A stretch of DNA of 55,231 nucleotides from Candidatus Omnitrophota bacterium (GTDB lineage Bacteria > Omnitrophota > Omnitrophia > Omnitrophales > Aquincolibacteriaceae): assembly GCA_043803685.1 (NCBI GenBank), contig JAZDJU010000117.1, positions 1 to 55,231 of the forward strand, given 5' to 3'. Shown piece by piece: positions 10,866 to 17,597 of the stretch (its first letter is position 1; every line of letters starts with the position of its first letter). The translations under genes and the position numbers were made by a program. Below the pieces are notes generated by a model that was not told the origin of the DNA, ran no database searches, and worked only from the letters and a program-made list of their open reading frames with translations.

Positions 10866-12753
10866 AGGCGTTCTTCGCCTCTTCCACCGCCTTCTTGAGC
10901 ATGCGGCAATAAAGATCGAAACCCACAGCCTGAATGAAACCGCTCTGCTCGTGGCCCAAGAGATTCCCGGCGCCGCGGATCTCGAGGTCCTCCATCGCGA
11001 TCTTGAAACCCGACCCAAGCTGTGTGAATTTCTCGATCGCGTGAAGCCGCTTTTGCGCGTCCTGGGTCATCACCCAATCTTTCGGGATCAGGAAATAGGC
11101 GTACGCCTGGCGCTTTTCCTTGAAACGCCCGACGCGCCCTCGCAATTGGTAAAGATCCGCAAGCCCGAAACAATCCGCGCGATCCACAATAAGTGTGTTC
11201 ACGTTGGGGATATCGATCCCCGACTCCACGATGCAAGTTGAAATAAGACAGTCGATCTCTCCGTGCAAGAATGCATGCAACACGGCCTCCAACGCGTCAA
11301 CCGGCATCTGGCCGTGCATGACGCCGAAGCGCACTCCCGGCAAAAGTTTTTGCATCCGCTCGTGGACCCGCTCGATCGATTGCACGCGATTGTGCACAAA
11401 ATAGACCTGTCCCTTGCGCGCGAGTTCCCGTTCGATAGCCTGCTTCACGATATTCTCGTGATATTCCATAACACAGGTCTCGACCGGCATCCGGCTCTTG
11501 GGCGGCGTATCGATCACCGACATATCGCGAACGCCGAGAAGCGCCATGTGAAGCGTCCTCGGGATCGGCGTCGCCGTAAGCGTCAACACATCGATCTGCG
11601 TACGCATCTGCTTGAGCCGTTCTTTGTGCCGCACACCGAAGCGCTGTTCTTCGTCAATAATGACAAGACCGAGGTCTTTGAACTGGATGTCTTTGGAAAG
11701 CAGGCGGTGCGTGCCGATCACCACATCCGTCGCCCCTTCCTGGATCGACCGGGCGACGAGCTTCTGTTCTTTCGGGGTCTGGAACCTTGAGAGAAGTTCG
11801 ACGGTGACCGGAAAACTTTTGATGCGTTCTTTGAGGAGCACGTAATGCTGTTCGGCCAGGATCGTGGTCGGCACGAGGAACGCCACCTGCCTGCCTCCCA
11901 TCACCGCCTTGAACGCCGCGCGCATCGCGACCTCGGTCTTGCCGTAGCCCACGTCCCCGCAAAGCAAACGGTCCATCGGCCCCGTGGATTCCATGTCCTT
12001 TTTCACTTCCTCGATCGCGCGCTTCTGTCCCGGCGTTTCCTCGAACGGGAATTCCTGCTCGAACTGTTTTTGCCACGGCGTGTCTCTGGGGAACGACAGC
12101 CCCTGCTGAAGACTGCGTTTGGCCTGGACCTCGAGAAGTTCTTTCGCGACCCGGTGGAGCGCCGTCCGTGTCCGGTTCTTGATCCGCTCCCATTCCTGGG
12201 TGTTGAGCTTCGTGAGTTTCGGGCTTGTGCCCGAGCCGCCGATGTAACGCTCCACGGGCTCGTCGACGGAAAGATAGAGGATCTCATGCTCGGCATACTC
12301 GAGCGCCATGCACCGGGTCCGCGTCCCCTGCATCTGGATCACCTTGGTCCCGAGGAACCGGCCGATGCCGTACTTGAGGTGCACCACGAGGTCCCCGCGT
12401 TCGAGGCCCTTGGTGCCTGCGACCGGCTCGAAGGTCTCGAGGCGCTCCTCCATGCGCCGGAGTTTTTTCCGGAACATGTCGGAAACCTGGATGAGGAAGA
12501 CTTCGTCGAAGGTCGTGGTGCTTTCGCCGGTCGTAAGCGAGAAATCGCGGATCTGGACCGGTACGTCGCCGTGGAACTGAACGCGGACCGGAAGCCGGTA
12601 AGTCACAGGATAAACGTCAACGACCCCGCCGCGCACGGCGAACTCCCCGGGCAGAGAAACAAATTCCTTCTTCTGGTAGTGGAGCCCGTGAAGCAGCTCC
12701 TCCAACTGCCCTATCCCGATCTCTGCGTTGATCTTAAGCCGTCTGATTTCCAT
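10864..12753 (-). CDS. mfd: Transcription-repair coupling factor, short form (~629 aa)
   Basis: PGEFAVRGGVVDVYP, GDLVVHLKYGIGRF (RNAP-interacting domain), GDVGYGKTEVA, DEEQRFGV, TATPIPRTL, QLRGRVGR, DLEIRGAGNLLG; start ATG 12753. Confidence 0.9.
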   Translation of the reverse strand: MEIRRLKINAEIGIGQLEELLHGLHYQKKEFVSLPGEFAVRGGVVDVYPVTYRLPVRVQFHGDVPVQIRDFSLTTGESTTTFDEVFLIQVSDMFRKKLRRMEERLETFEPVAGTKGLERGDLVVHLKYGIGRFLGTKVIQMQGTRTRCMALEYAEHEILYLSVDEPVERYIGGSGTSPKLTKLNTQEWERIKNRTRTALHRVAKELLEVQAKRSLQQGLSFPRDTPWQKQFEQEFPFEETPGQKRAIEEVKKDMESTGPMDRLLCGDVGYGKTEVAMRAAFKAVMGGRQVAFLVPTTILAEQHYVLLKERIKSFPVTVELLSRFQTPKEQKLVARSIQEGATDVVIGTHRLLSKDIQFKDLGLVIIDEEQRFGVRHKERLKQMRTQIDVLTLTATPIPRTLHMALLGVRDMSVIDTPPKSRMPVETCVMEYHENIVKQAIERELARKGQVYFVHNRVQSIERVHERMQKLLPGVRFGVMHGQMPVDALEAVLHAFLHGEIDCLISTCIVESGIDIPNVNTLIVDRADCFGLADLYQLRGRVGRFKEKRQAYAYFLIPKDWVMTQDAQKRLHAIEKFTQLGSGFKIAMEDLEIRGAGNLLGHEQSGFIQAVGFDLYCRMLKKAVEEAKNA

Positions 12754-12766
12754 AGGAAAAATTGTA

Positions 12767-12850
12767 CCACGGGCCACGCCCCACGTTCCACGCCAACCCA
12801 TTTTGACGAGTCTTAACTCGTGGATCGTGGCTCGTGGAACGTAGCTCGCA
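12767..12850. repeat. Heptamer-periodic inverted repeat element E5 (CCACG / CGTGG units)
   Basis: CCACG at 12767, 12774, 12781, 12788; CGTGG at 12819, 12826, 12833 and CGTAG at 12840; left edge of the accessory island. Confidence 0.88.
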
Positions 12851-12881
12851 ATTCCCTTTTCGAGCTAAAGGCGCGCCACCA

Positions 12882-12910
12882 TTGCAATATGTGCATACAC
12901 ATGATACACT
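12882..12910 (+). promoter_or_regulatory. Promoter with embedded palindromic operator for the antitoxin/PIN operon
   Basis: TTGCAA-17 nt-TACACT; ATGTG-CATA-CACAT (12889-12902) lies between -35 and -10. Confidence 0.6.
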
Positions 12911-12932
12911 CCTATCAACCAAGGAGGGCTTT

Positions 12933-13151
12933 ATGCCTAATATGACACTTTCGATCCCGGTCGAATTGAAGCAGAAAATGGACTGTTTTAAGGAGATCAA
13001 CTGGTCGGAGGTCGCGAGACAGGCCATTCTTGAGAAGACCCAGCTCATGAGCCGGATGAATCAGCTCATGGCCTCAAGCAGGATCAGCGAACCGGAAACC
13101 CTTTACGAAGGGCGCAAGATCAGCCGCAAAGTCTCCAAAAAACATAAGTAG
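12933..13151 (+). CDS. Putative ribbon-helix-helix (CopG/VapB-like) antitoxin
   Basis: MPNMTLSIPVELKQKMD..EINWSEVARQAI shows a beta-alpha-alpha pattern; AAGGAGG RBS; directly upstream of a PIN-like ORF. Confidence 0.7.
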   Translation: MPNMTLSIPVELKQKMDCFKEINWSEVARQAILEKTQLMSRMNQLMASSRISEPETLYEGRKISRKVSKKHK

Positions 13152-13160
13152 AGCATTCGT

Positions 13161-13337
13161 ATGGAACTCGTCGTTGACGCGAATGTCCTCCTCGCGGGTT
13201 TTATGAGAGGAGCTGTAACGCGGGAACTTCTCCTGGACAGCCGGCTCAAACTTCATGCACCGGAGCATCTTATCTACGAGACCCGCAAACACCTTTTAGG
13301 GAATTCTAATCTCAGGCAGAGCATCAGCTACTTTTGA
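13161..13337 (+). pseudogene. Truncated PIN-domain (VapC-like) toxin, 58 aa
   Basis: Manual translation MELVVDANVLLAGFMRGAVTRELLLDSRLKLHAPEHLIYETRKH...*; the VVDANV start and a later Glu fit PIN, but the C-terminal half is missing. Confidence 0.72.
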
Positions 13338-13375
13338 CTCATTTCACGCAGCAGCCATCTTTAGAAAGATGGCTG

Positions 13376-14011
13376 TTACTTCTCCATTTCAATCCCTATA
13401 TTCTTAAACGCTTTTCTTAAAATTTCCGTCTCGTTTTTCCCTATCAAAAGCTTCAAGCTTGTTTCATCATTTTGCAAAAGAGAATTTTTATCGGCTATAA
13501 AATTTACAATTTTTGAAATGATCAGTTTTTCCACCATTGGAGAAGACAGCCTATGAAGTTCAAGGCTGCGTAAAAAATTCCTCAATTCCATTTCCTTTTT
13601 AAAAGCAGCCAGATCGTTTTCGAGTAGCCTCCTCGTTCCTGAAACAGGGAAAAATTCATGCGCCGTCTTATCGAGTACCTGCCCTTGGTAACTTAAATAC
13701 CTCACTTGCGTGCTAGCAGCCATTAGCTTCGTATAGGCAGCAAACGCTTTTTGCGATAGGCGATTTTGAATGATTTTTTGACGATGGCTGTGGACACTGT
13801 ACATGGGCTTAGAAGGATTCTTGGGATCAGGAGGAACACTTTTTTCGCTGTGGACTTCCGGCTCACCAATCAGCCACCACTCGAAAAACTGAAGCGCTGA
13901 ATAAAATGCTGCGACAATGGCCCAGTCATGATGCGACTCAATTCCCAAAAGCCGCGAGGCCGTCAATGCATTGTGTTCAGCTTGTTTCAGATGGGCATCA
14001 CTTGATGCCAT
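13376..14011 (-). CDS. HEPN-like domain protein with C-terminal extension
   Basis: HLKQAEHN...DWAIVAAFYSALQ...HSHR...YTKLMAASTQVRY matches the helical HEPN pattern; AT-rich DNA. Confidence 0.6.
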   Translation of the reverse strand: MASSDAHLKQAEHNALTASRLLGIESHHDWAIVAAFYSALQFFEWWLIGEPEVHSEKSVPPDPKNPSKPMYSVHSHRQKIIQNRLSQKAFAAYTKLMAASTQVRYLSYQGQVLDKTAHEFFPVSGTRRLLENDLAAFKKEMELRNFLRSLELHRLSSPMVEKLIISKIVNFIADKNSLLQNDETSLKLLIGKNETEILRKAFKNIGIEMEK

Positions 14012-14017
14012 AACAAT

Positions 14018-14650
14018 TCATCGGGCAAAAACGCATCTTGAGGTTAGATTGATTTGCTCTTCAGCAACGTGTCGATTACCTACAGGAGGGTAAAAAAAAG
14101 TAAACATTTCCAATGGAAATATCTTTCTAAGATTATATTCAACATCAATTAGCCGACCCATCAAATCGTAATCATACTCTTCGATGGATAGCAGAACTAA
14201 AACAAACAATTCATGCTCATGGCGTTCGACGTGGATGGATTTAACTTGCTCATGCGGCTTATAAACCTCCGCTATCTTATAAAATAATTTCTCTTCTTTG
14301 TTTTCACAGTCCTCATCACTAATTAGCACATCATTAAGCGACCACAAGACTGAATTAAAACTCGAGATTTGCACTGGCGCTCGTCTTTTCATTGGCTCAA
14401 TAAAACCATCCAGAAAAGAACACATATTAACTGTCCAAGCCTTGGCCAGCTGAGCATTCTCCCAATAAGAAGCAGATACATAATTTTTAGTAGTTTTATC
14501 AAAAAGTGAACTATTTAAAGCGGCCGTTGTCTGCAGGGACTGCACAAAAAGCCCTCGCAAGTCTTTCGATTCAACACCCCCCAAAACAGCAGACGAGTTC
14601 TTATCAAACATCTCATCAACGGATTTATTCAACGCTGGCGCTATACTCAT
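14018..14650 (-). CDS. Hypothetical protein; C-terminal ~85 aa possibly a degenerate MNT-like fold
   Basis: 210-aa ORF coupled to both neighbours (4-bp overlap, 6-bp gap); no GSxxxG/DxD motif seen. Confidence 0.5.
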   Translation of the reverse strand: MSIAPALNKSVDEMFDKNSSAVLGGVESKDLRGLFVQSLQTTAALNSSLFDKTTKNYVSASYWENAQLAKAWTVNMCSFLDGFIEPMKRRAPVQISSFNSVLWSLNDVLISDEDCENKEEKLFYKIAEVYKPHEQVKSIHVERHEHELFVLVLLSIEEYDYDLMGRLIDVEYNLRKIFPLEMFTFFYPPVGNRHVAEEQINLTSRCVFAR

Positions 14651-15360
14651 TTTAAACCCAAAAACAAATTATGGCTGTTTAGTAAATGCCTCATTTGCTT
14701 AGAAGTATTTTCATAAAAACATCCCAAGAAAGCGTTATCGATGGAATAACTTTCCTCCGCCAACGTATTAATGTCGATCTGCACTGCAAGATAGTTGTTT
14801 AATTCTGATTTTTTTGAATCGCGTGAAGATCTTATCCTTAGCCATTGATTAAATTTGTAATTTTCAGTGCTAAGTTTGTTTAAACAATGCAGTTCCATAT
14901 CATGCGGATCACCGAATTCTTTTTTTTCCAGAACATATCTTTCCAGCAGGTAGTCAGCACCAGGTTTGCTCAATTCAATGGTCACATTAATCACGCCGGC
15001 TACTCTGAAAAATCTGTTTTGATATTGTTCAAACACATCTCGGATCTTCAAAAGATCGGACGACAGATTGAGTTCGAAAAATTCTTGCAGCGCTAAAGGA
15101 GGCGCCGGCTTAAAAAAATAGTCGATTCTGTTGCTTGAGATTTGCAATCGATAATCTTGTAGTTTTGAAGATAAAATAACTCGTGGGATTTCGGGAGGTG
15201 CTTCTTTAGGGATTGGTAGAATTAATGGCTCTCCATCAAGCTTGCCCCCTAAAGACGAAATAAGACTGGTTGCCAAATCAAGCTTATTGGGATACGTGAC
15301 ACCATTAGCAAAAAGCACAAATTGGTATTCAACTAGGGTCGAGGAAAGCACGGTAGTCAT
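14647..15360 (-). CDS. Hypothetical protein resembling the TIGR04255-like family
   Basis: RLQISSNRIDY, FFRVAGVIN, LAVQIDINTL; length ~237 aa; recognised by pattern only. Confidence 0.45.
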   Translation of the reverse strand: MTTVLSSTLVEYQFVLFANGVTYPNKLDLATSLISSLGGKLDGEPLILPIPKEAPPEIPRVILSSKLQDYRLQISSNRIDYFFKPAPPLALQEFFELNLSSDLLKIRDVFEQYQNRFFRVAGVINVTIELSKPGADYLLERYVLEKKEFGDPHDMELHCLNKLSTENYKFNQWLRIRSSRDSKKSELNNYLAVQIDINTLAEESYSIDNAFLGCFYENTSKQMRHLLNSHNLFLGLK

Positions 15361-15535
15361 ATTGGCAGAGATAATAGCATAATTTTATACAAACGCTAGA
15401 TTTCTTAACTTGAACAAACCGGATGCCGTCCGAGGCGCTGAATCTCAATGGTTCAGGATGCCTTCGGCAGGAACTTGATGTTCCTGTTCGCATCAGGAGA
15501 CGCCCCCCATTCTCTTACGTGGACCGCATACCCCT

Positions 15536-15668
15536 TTTCACTCGCGCTTGTCGCGCCAGTACAGCCAGCCGAGATCATGGAAATCTCGTGCTGGCTAGTC
15601 CCTGACACGAACGGCATACCCCTTTTCTAGCAACAGATTATTAAGGTAGGTCTGTTTTCCGGCTTTAT
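15536..15668. repeat. 133-bp direct repeat, copy 1 (copy 2 at 16325-16457)
   Basis: Constant 789-bp offset; covers the nuclease 3' end and downstream hairpin element. Confidence 0.9.
15539..15594. repeat. 56-nt two-hairpin element, copy A1
   Basis: CACTCGCGC-TTGTC-GCGCCAGTAC-AG-CCAGCCGAGAT-CATGGAA-ATCTCGTGCTGG. Confidence 0.8.
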
Positions 15669-15792
15669 TCACACACTCGTGCCCTATGGCACCAGTGCCT
15701 CCAGCCGAAGCTTTGAGGCTTCGTGCTGGAATGTAAAAAACATCGCCGAGGTAGCGGCCCCATTTTTCGCGGCGGGTCTGGGTGGATTTCAA
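15595..15792 (-). pseudogene. C-terminal remnant of a thermonuclease paralogue with a 20-codon in-frame insertion
   Basis: EKWGRYLGDVFYI-[insert]-NKAGKQTYLNNLLLEKGYAVRVRD aligns to the end of 16384..17493. Confidence 0.82.
15674..15729. repeat. 56-nt two-hairpin element, copy B (inside the remnant ORF)
   Basis: CACTCGTGC-CCTATG-GCACCAGTGC-CT-CCAGCCGAAGC-TTTGAG-GCTTCGTGCTGG. Confidence 0.8.
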
Positions 15793-15888
15793 AAATCCCA
15801 GACTCCCCCCGCCACTCCCCTTAATCCCCCATCACAACAGACAGCCTGTGATCTCGGACCATCACAATTACCTGAACGCTTCTCTGTG

Positions 15889-15912
15889 CCTTATAGCTTA
15901 TAAGCTATAAGG
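15889..15912. promoter_or_regulatory. Perfect 24-bp palindrome, candidate operator
   Basis: CCTTATAGCTTA|TAAGCTATAAGG; degenerate copy at 16150-16170. Confidence 0.6.
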
Positions 15913-15939
15913 CAGCGCCAGCCACAAATCAGTCTCTCG

Positions 15940-16149
15940 CTAATTTAATTTAACACAGATCTTCCGGCCAAGCGACTTGGCGACGCGCTCGAGGAACTCC
16001 ACGGAAGGATTCTGGATCCCCCGTTCAAGCCGAGAGATATTGGCTTGTCTCGTCTTGGCATGACGGGCCAACTCCTGTTGAGTCATCCCAGCTTGCCTTC
16101 TTGCCCGGGCGACCTCTCCCCCGATCTTACGTTGAATATTCATTTCCAT
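15940..16149 (-). CDS. XRE-family helix-turn-helix regulator
   Basis: ARRQAGMTQQELA...QANISRLERGIQNPSVEFLERVA. Confidence 0.9.
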   Translation of the reverse strand: MEMNIQRKIGGEVARARRQAGMTQQELARHAKTRQANISRLERGIQNPSVEFLERVAKSLGRKICVKLN

Positions 16150-16224
16150 CCTTATAGCTTATAGGATATATGGCCGTTTTCACTCGTGCTTGAATAGCGT
16201 CATGTCACGATCGGCTTCTTAAGA

Positions 16225-16288
16225 TTACATATACCTTACTATATGTAAAGAATCGTCGATTTCGTTACATATGTACGTTCTTATGTAA
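16225..16288. promoter_or_regulatory. Two TTACATA-N10-TATGTAA palindromic sites 40 bp apart
   Basis: Sites at 16225-16248 and 16265-16288. Confidence 0.6.
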
Positions 16289-16324
16289 ACAAAAGGTCAG
16301 TCCCGTACTCTGACCGCCATTCTC

Positions 16325-16457
16325 TTTCACTCGCGCTTGTCGCGCCAGTACAGCCAGCCGAGATCATGGAAATCTCGCGCTGGCTAGTCTCTGACACGAA
16401 CAGCGTGTCCTTTTTCGAGTAGCAAATTATTGAGGTAGGTCTGTTTTCCGGCTTTAT
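16325..16457. repeat. 133-bp direct repeat, copy 2, including hairpin element copy A2 (16328-16383)
   Basis: Matches 15536-15668; the non-coding part is nearly identical. Confidence 0.9.
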
Positions 16458-17493
16458 CAATAAAGAAGACGTCGCCCAGGTAGCGGTCGTATTTATCCGA
16501 CTTGGTGGTTCTGATGAGAACCGAAGGCTGGGAGGGTTTCGCTTCTTCGAGTCCCACAAGGACCGTTTCTACAAATGCTTTGGCTTCCCTGCCGTCACGG
16601 GTCTGGATTTCGGGGGTATCAATACCCCGAAGTCTCAAGGTCTGCGTGGTGGTGACCCCGAAACCAAGATCCACGACGGCCTCGATCGTATCGCCGTCGA
16701 GAACGCGGTAGACCCATGCCCGGTAAGTATACAGATCCGCTTCCCTGTTTTCCCGGCCACCCTCTTCGCTTTCTCCCTCCGGGAATACAACGATGTCCCC
16801 TTCTTTGAACAGGGCCGCGTTCTCCACAACCTCGGTGAGACGCATGTAATTTGAGAATCCAAGATCCAGGGCCAGTTCCCCGGCATAAGGTCCTGTCCGG
16901 GCGAGGATGATCTTATAAGTCCCCGGCTTGCCGGGTTCCAAAGCGGGAAGAAATTCCTGAGCCCCAGGACCGCTCTCTTCATCGGAAGGGCCGGACCCTT
17001 TCAAGGCTTTCACTTCTTTGCGCAGCCGGTCCCTGTCCCAGCCTTCTTTTTCAGCCCGTTCCGCAAGAATGTTCCGCTTTTGGGGGTCCTTCACGGAAAG
17101 CAGTTCCCGGTACTCCGACCAACTCAATTTTGACGCATGCGGCAGAATCGAATAAGCCCGGTAAAACTGAAGACTGTAATAAAGCTCGCGGCCACTCATG
17201 CCAAGGTCGGCCGCCAGTCTGGAAATGACCTGTTGGTCGTAGCCGGCTCTTTCCCTGTGTTGAAGCACATGCGCGTCAATGAGTCTGCCGGTCTCCCAGG
17301 CCTCGCGAACGCGTTCTGCTTCGACGGCTTTTTCAACCCGCCCACGGCTCTCGGCGCGCGTCTGGGAGATCGCACGCCTCAGAGCTTCATAGGTCTTCAC
17401 TTCTGGCGCCGGAATTTGCGCGCGGGACTCGGTGGAGCTTATAAAGAGGAGCGCCAAGAAAAGGAAGATAACGGAGGGCGCTCTTTTTTTCAT
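16384..17493 (-). CDS. Signal-peptide-bearing DUF1016(YhcG)-N-terminal domain fused to a thermonuclease (SNase) domain
   Basis: AWETGRLI...YDQQVISRLAADL...QFYRAY..LSWSEYRELL (DUF1016_N-like); RVLDGDTI, LRLRGIDTPE, DKYDRYLGDV, LNNLLLEKGHA (SNase); likely start MKKR at 17493. Confidence 0.8.
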   Translation of the reverse strand: MKKRAPSVIFLFLALLFISSTESRAQIPAPEVKTYEALRRAISQTRAESRGRVEKAVEAERVREAWETGRLIDAHVLQHRERAGYDQQVISRLAADLGMSGRELYYSLQFYRAYSILPHASKLSWSEYRELLSVKDPQKRNILAERAEKEGWDRDRLRKEVKALKGSGPSDEESGPGAQEFLPALEPGKPGTYKIILARTGPYAGELALDLGFSNYMRLTEVVENAALFKEGDIVVFPEGESEEGGRENREADLYTYRAWVYRVLDGDTIEAVVDLGFGVTTTQTLRLRGIDTPEIQTRDGREAKAFVETVLVGLEEAKPSQPSVLIRTTKSDKYDRYLGDVFFIDKAGKQTYLNNLLLEKGHAVRVRD

Positions 17494-17597
17494 CCCGAAA
17501 ACCCTTTCCATTGCCAACCAAGGAGAAGGGTCTGACGGACCCTGTCACGCAGCGCGGCGTAGGTTGCGAGCGCGGGCACGCTCATGAAAGGGTCCCG

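Noticed and set aside
16261..16291. Chromosomal dif site
   Set aside because: The right arm is XerD-like, but with a 6-bp core the left arm does not fit XerC; kept only as a generic palindromic site.
15536..16457. CRISPR array or integron cassette array
   Set aside because: Only 2-3 repeats with irregular spacing; no cas or integrase gene; no RYYYAAC/GTTRRRY attC ends recognised.
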